Shown piece after piece: positions 56,101-64,000 of a stretch of DNA of 64,000 nt. The position numbers were made by a program, and so were the translations under genes. This stretch comes from a virus: the IMG/VR virus record IMGVR_UViG_3300046786_000331, positions 64,001 through 128,000 of that record. The stretch is one strand, 5' to 3'. The notes beneath the pieces were generated by a model. The model did no database searches. It was not told the DNA's origin and worked only from the letters and a program-made list of their open reading frames with translations. How positions within the stretch are numbered: the stretch's first letter is position 1; the number at the start of each line of letters is the position of its first letter.

Positions 56101-57533
56101 TCTTAGCCCTAGACGGACAGTTGGCTATGAAAGCCGACATGGACTTGGATCAACATAGAATCATTAATGTTGCTGATCCTGTAGGAGCTCAAGATGCTGT
56201 AAACTTACAAAGTCTACAAATAGGTAATATTGCAGACGTTGGAATAACAAATCCAAGATCCGGTGACTTGTTTACATTTACCGGTGTAGGAAATTATGTA
56301 CAAAACTCTGCAATGGTTGGAGACATTAGTCTTAACATTGACAGCACTGCTAACACCGTAGATGCTCAAATTAATCCAGGGGTAATTGTTAACGCAGACA
56401 TTAATGCCAGTGCAGCAATTGCACAAAGCAAGTTAAACATGACTGCGGCAACGACTCGTGCAAATGCTACAGGTATTACTCAAGCTGATCGTGGTCTAGC
56501 AAGTTTTGACGATAGTCAATTTACTGCAACCAACGGTTGGATCAGTATTAAAGATAACAGTATTGTGTTATCTAGAATTGAACAGATTGCTTCTAAGACC
56601 GTTTTAGGTAACAATACACTAATAGCCGGCAACGTGGCGGCAGTATCATACAGTACTATTGTAAACGAAGGCGGAGCAATTAAGAAGAGCCAGTACAACA
56701 CCGGAACTGGTTATCTACGAAGAATTGGTTTCACAGCAACTAACGATGCTGATTATGCTATCGTTGATGAATCAACTACTGCTACCGCAAGCACTTTAGT
56801 TAAGCGTGATAGTAACGGCGACTTTGCTGCTAGAAATATTTCCATAGAAAAACTAATTGTTGATACTAAGACTGTATTAGATACTACAACTAGTGCAACA
56901 GGTGGTTACACACAAGTTTATGGTTATCTAGGACAAGTTGGTATTTTAGTTGGTGACGGAAGTGTAGGTACCGATAAGAGAACGTACTACGATAATGACG
57001 GACACGTCTTTAGAACACAAAACGGTCTTTCTAATGCGCCTATTACAGCTTCTAGTGTACAGACTATTGCACTAACTACTGGTGCTACTGGAACACAAGG
57101 AAATATCACAGGCGACTGGAGATTAAACTCTGGTAGCAAACTACAGGCAACCTATGCCGACTTAGCTGAATATTACGAAGGTGATAAAGACTATCCTGTG
57201 GGAACTGTTTTAATATTCGGAGGTGATAAAGAAGTTACGTTATCTAACACTAAAGAAGATCATAGAGTAGCAGGAGTTGTTAGTGATAACGCTGCTTATG
57301 TTATGAATTCCGAGTGCGGTGGTACTAAAGTACTAATAGCTCTACAAGGTCGTGTACCAGTTAGGGTAGTGGGTAAAATCCGCAAAGGAGACTTGATAGT
57401 AACTTCAAACATCCCAGGTGTTGCTGTGTCAGTCGGTGGTGTTGCTAGACCAGGAACAATCATCGGCAAGTCACTGGAAGACTTTGATTCAGATCACATT
57501 GGCACCATTGAGGTAGCCGTAGGAAGAACATAA
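50145..57533 (+). CDS. Very large tail/baseplate structural protein (2462 aa)
   Basis: N-terminal IDIG..NDGTGDSIR.F.KVN.NF.ELY; repeated C.RDV domains; C-terminal ADLAEYY...GRVPVRV chaperone-like domain. Confidence 0.85.
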   Translation: MARKIIDIGVVGNDGTGDSIRDSFRKVNDNFRELYSSLGLGERLTFIGLDDVKADSGSQPYRELGGYLGQENAILSVNPDESGIKFKQLIPGSGINLDFTTNNNEIRISSEFSEVVADPSPQLGGDLSVKSGGVTHRIKDMEEFGIPIKPIFEHEAVNKNYADTKISRAGVDAIDPRTGVSNPAFGTMSGPLVLSRDPQPDDDEKYDGLVAATKRYVDNSAFGSSVNLYVATSGADDRVGVSSALQGRALAYAYRTIEAACKRAEEIMLESRLEIGPYKKVLTYNQGQGECSLDFIDIAPGSGGGFSGTVLMSVDTITVSNVGVNYRPGDIITVAGGTYTQPATYEVLSITAAGGVLTFRQLSSGVYTALPGNTDVLTTTDSDFGGLGGGDAVVKFNITYKVNNVQINSGGSGYGLVSVRIVGGGGQGAFGTADIVGGSVMGITITDQGTGFTSLPNVVVNLPRFLIKTEGYKTDFTGDYSTSTPSAIRGRDIREGLYLRGESSGALAQILAHQGALDSDGNEIFDVDIKYGSFIIGEAISYGDVTKNTQITILVESGIYEENLPLRVPQNVSIVGDEFRRCIIRPKNGVSSSPWAFLNFRRDLTIGQENLDQLVIADRLFGYHYLTDSSTPVYPIVNNKGYYRAAAELLSLNRQFIQKEVIGWINSEIINQNSPFTSSFLYNQELCERDVGLIIDAMVFDLKWGGSNRTISAALKYYGSASGLIAIGTGQLSQTIAGINRIGTLAQLVIRNVPITETYNTTITQIVDNAYVAETGSGGVSFSIGSATNANPVVVTTTSAHGLTNGSQVLISDVSGMEEINGNDFYVSLIDSTSFYLYNDPALSDSVDGTDYGIYTSGGNATNTGGVIGALINVIVDVIDNSGSVNYPKDNDRMDVLLCNDSVRVQSITFQGHGGFAMVLDPEGQILAKSPYAQECASFTKSNGEQRFAGGQYVDGFTGNLKFKILSKDSNTFLRVGELNRMPQLPASFIVEDTVYRINYVRDYTFNTAGSTASFVLDESTPWPFGVFTYDSDICSRDVGLILDGLGYDIVLGTNYHARKAGLSYRQANAAVVISDQLDLTIRAIEYAHDLAYAAISSYPAAQPTVLTSKNAIASIVQNGSTFAPNLLFTLPSGLSANVTNAKILLESNIDFIKDETVGYITSTYPSLTYTVDTCARDVQYIIEALIYDLIYGGNSETRKAGIKYYDAVGSVESLQIPVGQLTETVDGINYANYLAKRVIQNLAPATTYSSTVRTSGTPASGAEVTIVDTLLTNVAAIISGGTGAAAAETLPSLTGYLTTLTNARDELVSSTASIQSGTINFVDENANVFEVLMPGNRSMLSNDYTQINDLGYGIVVNNGGLAECVSMFTYYCHISYYSIGGGQIRSVGGSSSHGNYALVAEGADPLEVPTPVTLYYDLAQGAECYYPSGAFANAVAGLEIYITNYDYVPLESSELEVDHGLGSIYRYPITSVSTAGLPAGVARLGLGSSEGTGVDGLAAVVADGTVLTIRQNAQVVLTGNVVEVAVRPSTGLVLRESSDVYRILQFEAFEDPAGANVFTVSIANPGVITNVGHGLQPGYQIKLSTTGSLPTGLDTLATYYVLSDGWTANSFRIGVNKRGPAIVTTGSQSGVHSYTVEGLARTTMRENYNYVDMSIYPQQPFDATERVCTVSIASPGVVNLSSHGFIAGDVIRFTSTGSLPVGLSTTRHYFVKNVLSPSTFTVTDTATSTSTEVATSGTQSGIHKVGKVLGAAGSTTFAITGLGTSEADRVLNSKFVWKGQEYIVQSYSSELVTGEPYATVTVSPALNDSVVYWTSLPTLKSAVAKDEPGTLTIRISLTRVTSHDLLEIGTGSYADTNYPNEIYGQSVNPLNDANETEERGVGRVFYVTTDQFGNFSVGPYFRVDQGTGTVTFAAAIALSNLDGIGFKRGVPVSEFSTDSAMSDNATDTVPTENATRGYIERRLGITHNGSVVSAGTLIPPISGGFLALDGQLAMKADMDLDQHRIINVADPVGAQDAVNLQSLQIGNIADVGITNPRSGDLFTFTGVGNYVQNSAMVGDISLNIDSTANTVDAQINPGVIVNADINASAAIAQSKLNMTAATTRANATGITQADRGLASFDDSQFTATNGWISIKDNSIVLSRIEQIASKTVLGNNTLIAGNVAAVSYSTIVNEGGAIKKSQYNTGTGYLRRIGFTATNDADYAIVDESTTATASTLVKRDSNGDFAARNISIEKLIVDTKTVLDTTTSATGGYTQVYGYLGQVGILVGDGSVGTDKRTYYDNDGHVFRTQNGLSNAPITASSVQTIALTTGATGTQGNITGDWRLNSGSKLQATYADLAEYYEGDKDYPVGTVLIFGGDKEVTLSNTKEDHRVAGVVSDNAAYVMNSECGGTKVLIALQGRVPVRVVGKIRKGDLIVTSNIPGVAVSVGGVARPGTIIGKSLEDFDSDHIGTIEVAVGRT

Positions 57534-58858
57534 TGGCAATAGAACAAATTAATTCAGGAGCGGCTCCGATAGTTTGGAGTACGGTAGACGAAGCTTTTAG
57601 AATCGTCAACCAAAACTTTACTACTCTAGTAGCTACTATCGGAGATTACGGAGTTACTCCGATTGACTTCAATACATTAAGTACTAACGTATCTCCGGGT
57701 ACTTCCGGTGCTTACGATCTAGGAGCAAGTTCGTTTAAGTGGAGAGATTTGTATCTTTCTTCAACTCTACATATTGGCAGTGCTTCGATAACTTCCTCTG
57801 GGAGCATTGTTCAATTACCAGCAGGTTCGACTATTGGTGGATTGCTACTAGACGAAAGTTACTTCAAGACTATTGCAGTTTCCGGACAAGATAGCATTGT
57901 AGCCGATACTGGAACTGATACATTAACTGTAGCAGGCGGAGCAGGAATTACTGTATCAACTACTGCTACAACTGACACTCTTACAATTACAAACACAGGT
58001 GTTACACAATTAATCGGAACTGTTGGACAAATCGGCGTAAGCGGAAGTACTGGTAGTATTACATTATCAAACTTAGGTGTTACTAAGGCAACCGCAGGCG
58101 CAGGAATTTCAATAAGCAGTAGCACTGGTGATATTACAATTTCTAATGCAGGTATTATTTCTATTGTCACTGATCCAGGATCAGGCATTAGTTTAGATAC
58201 AAGTGTTCCAAATACTGTTCGTATTACTAATAGTGCTCCAAACATTACACAAAATACTTTTAGAAACATTAACGTAGCCGGACAAGATCCGGTTATCGCT
58301 GAAACTGGAACAGATACATTAACATTAGTTGCAGGCACTGGCATAACATTGACTACAAATGCTGCGGCTGATTCAGTTACTATTTCAAATAATAGTAGTA
58401 GTGCATATCAATTAGTGAATGGTGACTATACCCTATTATTAGCAGCAGATGGTAGTTTAGAATTAGGCAACGGATTTACTGTTAATCATTCAACTAGTAC
58501 AGGAGTAAATTGTCCTGTATCTGTGGACACTGTTGTTTATACTTCAGTTGATGCCGATGCAAGAACTATTAAATTATTAGCACAATTTGAAGGTCCAGAA
58601 GACGGCGGTGATGGTAATTATCACACACAGTCATGTGACATAATTGTTGTAAAAAGAACAGGACCGCTAGGAACTGTTTTAGTAGATGCAACAGTCTACG
58701 GCGGCATTTATACCAGCACCGGATCGCTTGTTACGTTTGATGCACAGTGGAATGCTATTTCAGAAAGAATTGAAGTAACTGCTCGACCAGTAAGTTTAAC
58801 TAATGATGGATGGGTTAAGGTATATGCTACAGAAGTAAACTTCGGAGGACCGGCATAA
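57533..58858 (+). CDS. Tail fibre/baseplate-associated protein
   Basis: Repeated F..I.V.GQD.I.A.TGTDTLT..AG.GI units. Confidence 0.8.
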   Translation: MAIEQINSGAAPIVWSTVDEAFRIVNQNFTTLVATIGDYGVTPIDFNTLSTNVSPGTSGAYDLGASSFKWRDLYLSSTLHIGSASITSSGSIVQLPAGSTIGGLLLDESYFKTIAVSGQDSIVADTGTDTLTVAGGAGITVSTTATTDTLTITNTGVTQLIGTVGQIGVSGSTGSITLSNLGVTKATAGAGISISSSTGDITISNAGIISIVTDPGSGISLDTSVPNTVRITNSAPNITQNTFRNINVAGQDPVIAETGTDTLTLVAGTGITLTTNAAADSVTISNNSSSAYQLVNGDYTLLLAADGSLELGNGFTVNHSTSTGVNCPVSVDTVVYTSVDADARTIKLLAQFEGPEDGGDGNYHTQSCDIIVVKRTGPLGTVLVDATVYGGIYTSTGSLVTFDAQWNAISERIEVTARPVSLTNDGWVKVYATEVNFGGPA

Positions 58859-60184
58859 ATGACAAAACAAACGATAAACGTAGGCACCTCGGCCAATGAC
58901 CGTAAAGGTGATAGTCTCCGAACTGCTTTTCAAAAGGTAAATGCAAATTTTACAGAGTTATACTCTAGTAGTGGATTTACAGGAACAACCGATAGATTAG
59001 TTAACAATACTTCAGAAGTAGTATTAAGTTCTTCTGGAATACTAACCCTTCCGTATAGCAATTATTTAGAAACAATTGATATTAATTTACAAATTGGTTC
59101 TCAAGGTGTTGTTACTATTCGCAGTGATGCTGCTAGCAATCTTACTACAAAATCTTGGACATTTGATACAGACGGTAGTTTAACTGTACCGAGTCCTGTG
59201 TCACCTACAATAACATTAACATTTGACGCTGCACATTATGTTGCTACAGATCCTAAACCAACGCTTACATTAACTGGTGCTCCATGGGAACTAATGGGCG
59301 AATATGTTTACGCTCCAGACGGCCAGTCAATGCTAGCACTCAACAATATTTGGCCCACACTAGACAACCCAGGATATGATTCAGGTGATCAATTTACATT
59401 CGATGAATCAGTACACGGCAGAGCAGGCTATACTTTAACTATAACATTAAATGATGTTGTACAAGCAGGTCCTGCAGGATGGACTGCTAATGTAGCAGCA
59501 AGTCCAGCACCGGCGTATACTCCTACTATTCAATCAAATGGTGCTATCAAGTTAGTTGCTGATGAGGCTAGTTGGTCATTTGGCACAGATGGTACGTTAA
59601 CAGTTCCCGGACCAATCTTTAGAGATGGTGGTTTATACATGAATAGTAGCGGGTCTACAACTGCTGCATCGGTTTTTGTAAGCGGTAATTCAGGTGGTGT
59701 AATTTTAAGAACCGCAGACAATGCACAACAAGTTAGTCACGATTTGATATTTGATGTTACCGGTGGCTTAACTTTGCCATCTGCAGGATTCGTTAGACAA
59801 AGACATAGTTTTACTAGAACAACTGTTGAATCGGCTCCGGCGGCAACGGCAACAGTAATATGGTCAGCAAGTCAAGATTGGATCTCGTCGATTAAGCTAA
59901 CTATACAAGTAGAAGGAAATGTCACTGGAGATGCTACAGGATGGCACGTACAGACCTGCGAAGCTACTATTGCTTCGAGAGGCTATGCCGACGGAACCTA
60001 CGGATACGGAGATCCGGAGATGACAGTCTATGGAGTAATTCATACTAGCGTATCTCCACTAGCAACTTTTGAAGTACAAAGAAACCCAACGACAAGATTA
60101 GTCGAAGTAGTGGCAACAGGTACAGACATTAGTAACAATATTATAGTATCGATTCATTCTGTAGAAATCGGTACAACAGATTAA
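58859..60184 (+). CDS. Tail fibre/baseplate-associated protein
   Basis: INVGTSANDRKGDSLRTAF.KVNANF.ELY; W.F..DG.LT.P repeats. Confidence 0.8.
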   Translation: MTKQTINVGTSANDRKGDSLRTAFQKVNANFTELYSSSGFTGTTDRLVNNTSEVVLSSSGILTLPYSNYLETIDINLQIGSQGVVTIRSDAASNLTTKSWTFDTDGSLTVPSPVSPTITLTFDAAHYVATDPKPTLTLTGAPWELMGEYVYAPDGQSMLALNNIWPTLDNPGYDSGDQFTFDESVHGRAGYTLTITLNDVVQAGPAGWTANVAASPAPAYTPTIQSNGAIKLVADEASWSFGTDGTLTVPGPIFRDGGLYMNSSGSTTAASVFVSGNSGGVILRTADNAQQVSHDLIFDVTGGLTLPSAGFVRQRHSFTRTTVESAPAATATVIWSASQDWISSIKLTIQVEGNVTGDATGWHVQTCEATIASRGYADGTYGYGDPEMTVYGVIHTSVSPLATFEVQRNPTTRLVEVVATGTDISNNIIVSIHSVEIGTTD

Positions 60185-60195
60185 GGAGCAATAAT

Positions 60196-63100
60196 ATGGC
60201 AATTAAACCATTCGCAATTCAAGGCGCTGACCTAACACTAGGCGGTGTTAATTTACAAGCAGGTACAACTGGTGTTGTTATTCCTGGCGTTACACAAGCG
60301 ACTAACTATCTAGCAGAAGAAGTTAATGATACTAATATTGATCAAAGTGTACAATTTGTACAACTTTCTATAGTAATAGACGCTGTAACTTATAATGCGT
60401 TATCGACTAGCGCAAGTATAGAAGCCTATGCGAGTTATACTGTAGAGGTAGACGATGATTTTTATATTGACAATATCGAAGTAAGTAGCCCAGGTTCGTA
60501 TACACAACAAGAAAAGACCACCAATGAAACAACAGATATGTGGGCTTATACTGGTTTAGTTGATCCATTCACAACACCCTTTGACGAGGCTGATTGGCTG
60601 CAAGTTCCATTCCGTCCTAAGATGAGAGCAGGCGAAATTGAAAACGTTGGCGGTGGCGGAAGCGGCATTAATAAAGTTTATTCATACGGCGGTTTATATA
60701 AAATTGTAGCAGTCATCCCTGGAGAAAACGTTGTTTTCATAGCGGGCGACCAAACAGGCACCCTAAACAACTGCGAGTACATTAACGTTAGTGTTGCTCC
60801 TCCACAGGTAGCATTTGCGACACTTGACATATCTTATAACAATATTACTGATCAAACTGCTATAACTTTTGATGGAGACCTCACTGTTCAATCGTGGTTT
60901 GCCACTCAAGATACTCAAGTTGCTGCCATTAATCTAACAAACAATCTAACTGGTTTGTTTGTTTCTGGTGGATACTCAGAGGATGGTACATTTGCCATTA
61001 ACGCTACAGATAGAATTTACTCTCCTAATAATCCGAGTTCGTTTATAGTAAATGACGATTTCACAGTTACATTCCCAGATGGTACTGTACAAACTACAGC
61101 CTACACTGGTTATGCCAGACGTTCATTCTTGTTACATGAGTATGCCGATCCAGCTGGATTTACAATCCCATCTACAATCACAATTGATGGTATGGACTAT
61201 GCGGGCGGCGAGGTTCAACAGGATAACGTATTTGGCACAAGCAGTAGCCGTGTTACCCTATACGCAGACAGTATGTTTGCTATAATTGCTCTAAACACTG
61301 ACATCAACGCAGTCTATTACAATGGTGAATTTGGTTCAGATGGTGATGGACAAAAATCAGTTAGTTCAGGTTTAGAAAACTATCGTGATGGTTATTATTC
61401 TTGGTACAATAAACTTTCAGGGGATGATCCTGCTGTAACACAGATTGTTATTGCCAAGAACCCTACTAACCCCGGTGGTGTTAATTACTATAATAGAAGC
61501 ACAGATACTAACAACGATGACTTTACAGTAACAGGCTTAGACGGTGCTACAACTGTTATTGTGTTCAATGTCTACTGGGACGCTGTCAACGGACCAGGTT
61601 ATGAAAGTTCTATTGAAATAGCCACTAAGGCCATTATTGATGGAGCAATTTACGACGACAGTCCAACAGAACTAACTGATCTGGCTGCTATAAAGGCAGC
61701 GTTCTATGCTAGATCCACCGATAGAAAAAATGCTATCGAAGGTTGGGAAGGCGACTTATTATTCGCCAATGGATTTGATTTCTTTGGCGACACCTATCAA
61801 GCAGTTAAGCCAACAGGTGGAAGCGGCACAGGTGCTGTGCTAGAATTACAGGTATATCCAGACGGTAGTGATTTTGTATATGATGAGCAGGATGTGATTT
61901 TACCTGGCTCGGGATATCAAATAGGAGATACACTAACTGTTCCAGGATCGGAGTTTGGCGGTACAAGTCCTGCTAATGATGTAACTATCACTGTAGATAC
62001 TGTCAGTTTTCCAAGCGGCGGCATTGTAGATTATACTGTTAATGGAACAGCACCTAGTCAAGTATGGCCGCAGTCATACATTCGTGACGGTGACAACGAT
62101 CAATACGACATTGGCAACTTCATTGGTACAGACCGTACTCGTGTAACTGCTGTCGGTACTTTAACATATACTCCAGAAGGCGGCAGCGAGAGTGGCAACG
62201 ATGTATTCCAAGTATTGAATATTATCAGTGCTGACAAGGCTATTCGCCCAGGACAGTGGGCATGGTTTGAAAACGCAGGCCGTGGGGCATTTATCAACTG
62301 GGCATTGAGCTACGGTGATAATAACGAAGCCAGTTACCTAGATGAATACACTGGTTATACCAGCACAGCGGCACTAAACTACGACTATCAAGTAGACGTA
62401 GACAACGCACACTTAAACATAAACGGAGCAGGCGATTGGTTTATTGGCAGTGAGAACTTTAACACTAGCATACAAGGTATTGACGAGATAGCCCCAGAGC
62501 CTCGAGATATAGAAGTCAGAGCCGATGGTAAAACTTGGTTATTTGGACGTGATGGTAGCATATACTTGCCGCAGAATGGTGATATCAAAGACAGCTATGG
62601 CAATTCAGTGCTAGGTATTGGTAACAGCGGTATTCCACTACCAGATTGGTTAAATGTAGTAGCAGGCACAGAGCACTTGCCAACACTTAATGTTGACTAC
62701 GGTTGGGACAAAGACGGCGTATGGACTCGTAACTTTACTATTACTGGTAACGACGAGGGAATATCATATCCATTCCGTACTACTGATTCTGCTCTAGCGA
62801 ATCAGACAACCATAGTCACAGTTGAATTTGATGTATCCGCAGATTTCCAAACAGACTTTGGTATCGGTGTATTTGCCGCTTCTACTACAAATCCAGTATG
62901 GGGTTGGGACTTGACTGAGGGTAACCCAACTGCCAATAGAATTGGAGCACAGTACAACGGACCTGTTCCCGAACTACATGGTATCAGCAGTGGTGCTACT
63001 GCCGACGTTCCTAATCCAAGTAACTGGAGTATTCCAAGTGCTGGCACATACGTGGCAAGACTAACAGTACAACCTACTGAACCAGGTATAGCGACTATTA

Positions 63101-64000
63101 CACTGGAAACACTAGACACTGATGGTAATGTATTAAACACTATCACTTACACCGAAGAATCGTTCTTTACTACTCCTTATAAGATTGGATTTGCCAGCGA
63201 CAACGACGGTGGTATTGTCAAAGGATACTTTAGAAATCTATCAGTTGACATTGACGGCGGAACATTCCATCAAGACGCACTGGTTAACTACACTTCAGTA
63301 CCAACTACTAATGCTGACATAATTGGCGACAGCGGAGTAAGCACTAATGGTTCTAAAGTTACAATTTACACTGATGTCTACGGATATCAAGGTGGCGAAG
63401 AAACTAGAGTACGTGTCAAAGATCCTGCCAGTGAAATATTAAACACTTACTATGACGATGAAGGCCCATTTGGTACAGGCACTATCACATTCCGTAACGG
63501 TGAAGTAAGAATTATTACTAATGCCTACAATGACGGGCAACAAGATGGCGTTGATATGACAGTAATTGATTGGTCTGGTAGTGTACCCGGCGGCTCTGAC
63601 AATCCACGCTTCCCTGTTACATTCAAGACTGCTAACTATGTTGAAGAAGTTAGAGATTCAGTACGCATCAAACCAAGTGAAGGTGCGGCACAGTATCAAG
63701 ATCAGTACATGAAAGTCTACGCAGGCGGCGGTGTTGCTCCTGCTATAGATAGCCTACACATCCACATGGCCGGTGCTCAAGAAAATGTAGAACTGTTCCT
63801 AGGCACAGACAACAACTATGTGTCTGCTAAAGAAGCAGGTACTACACCAGCAGGTGTACGTCTACACAGTGATAACGATGTTGAAGTAGTCAACAGCAAT
63901 CTACGTATTAATCGCAAGGGCAGTAACTGGGTTCACATTTATGGTGATGGCGATAACCGCAACATACACGGTCAAACCTACGATGTAAGTTGGTCCACAA
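60196..64000 (+). CDS. Large acidic structural protein, 3'-partial (absent from ORF track)
   Basis: AAGGAG SD, ATG 60196 (MAIKPFAIQGADLTLGG...); appears to run off the window end, which would explain its absence from the track. Confidence 0.8.
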   Translation, partial: MAIKPFAIQGADLTLGGVNLQAGTTGVVIPGVTQATNYLAEEVNDTNIDQSVQFVQLSIVIDAVTYNALSTSASIEAYASYTVEVDDDFYIDNIEVSSPGSYTQQEKTTNETTDMWAYTGLVDPFTTPFDEADWLQVPFRPKMRAGEIENVGGGGSGINKVYSYGGLYKIVAVIPGENVVFIAGDQTGTLNNCEYINVSVAPPQVAFATLDISYNNITDQTAITFDGDLTVQSWFATQDTQVAAINLTNNLTGLFVSGGYSEDGTFAINATDRIYSPNNPSSFIVNDDFTVTFPDGTVQTTAYTGYARRSFLLHEYADPAGFTIPSTITIDGMDYAGGEVQQDNVFGTSSSRVTLYADSMFAIIALNTDINAVYYNGEFGSDGDGQKSVSSGLENYRDGYYSWYNKLSGDDPAVTQIVIAKNPTNPGGVNYYNRSTDTNNDDFTVTGLDGATTVIVFNVYWDAVNGPGYESSIEIATKAIIDGAIYDDSPTELTDLAAIKAAFYARSTDRKNAIEGWEGDLLFANGFDFFGDTYQAVKPTGGSGTGAVLELQVYPDGSDFVYDEQDVILPGSGYQIGDTLTVPGSEFGGTSPANDVTITVDTVSFPSGGIVDYTVNGTAPSQVWPQSYIRDGDNDQYDIGNFIGTDRTRVTAVGTLTYTPEGGSESGNDVFQVLNIISADKAIRPGQWAWFENAGRGAFINWALSYGDNNEASYLDEYTGYTSTAALNYDYQVDVDNAHLNINGAGDWFIGSENFNTSIQGIDEIAPEPRDIEVRADGKTWLFGRDGSIYLPQNGDIKDSYGNSVLGIGNSGIPLPDWLNVVAGTEHLPTLNVDYGWDKDGVWTRNFTITGNDEGISYPFRTTDSALANQTTIVTVEFDVSADFQTDFGIGVFAASTTNPVWGWDLTEGNPTANRIGAQYNGPVPELHGISSGATADVPNPSNWSIPSAGTYVARLTVQPTEPGIATITLETLDTDGNVLNTITYTEESFFTTPYKIGFASDNDGGIVKGYFRNLSVDIDGGTFHQDALVNYTSVPTTNADIIGDSGVSTNGSKVTIYTDVYGYQGGEETRVRVKDPASEILNTYYDDEGPFGTGTITFRNGEVRIITNAYNDGQQDGVDMTVIDWSGSVPGGSDNPRFPVTFKTANYVEEVRDSVRIKPSEGAAQYQDQYMKVYAGGGVAPAIDSLHIHMAGAQENVELFLGTDNNYVSAKEAGTTPAGVRLHSDNDVEVVNSNLRINRKGSNWVHIYGDGDNRNIHGQTYDVSWST

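Noticed and set aside
50342-63146. Minus-strand and alternate-frame ORFs inside the tail genes
   Set aside because: Antisense shadows of long, codon-biased + strand genes.

Overview
This is a 64-kb fragment of a large (jumbo, T4-like/myovirus-type) dsDNA phage genome using the standard genetic code. A proteobacterial host is inferred from the RpoZ and Bug/TctC genes, possibly Burkholderiales. (1) 1-11.3 kb: an array of about 22 CCA-encoding tRNA genes interleaved with structured non-coding RNAs. These are a ~890-nt GOLLD-like RNA with an embedded tRNA-Lys, five ~100-120-nt elements closed by related 16-20-bp helices, and an RNA with a 7-nt-periodic UUG tract. The region also holds rpoZ and several Fe(II)/2OG oxygenase-like genes. 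(2) 11.3-20.2 kb: sigma70-promoter host-takeover genes. These include Pth2, an N-truncated RF1-like release factor whose frame contains an in-frame UGA inside a hairpin, IF-1, a bL12-like domain, Pnk-like kinase, phosphoesterase, HD hydrolase and RNA ligase. (3) 20.3-38.8 kb: a ~25-gene island of tailoring enzymes (2OG oxygenases, TauD, four PP-loop ATPases, desaturase, GNATs, Rieske, NMO, enolase-family, TctC). Many of them sit behind a TAAATA motif only 4-7 nt from the ATG, suggesting leaderless late mRNAs. (4) 38.9-50 kb: a porin-like gene, a tRNA-like RNA, Hc1-like, thyX, queD behind a preQ1-I-like RNA, glycosyltransferase, uvsE and queC-like. (5) 50.1-64 kb: very large tail/baseplate proteins. 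All calls come from motif recognition by eye; no searches were run.
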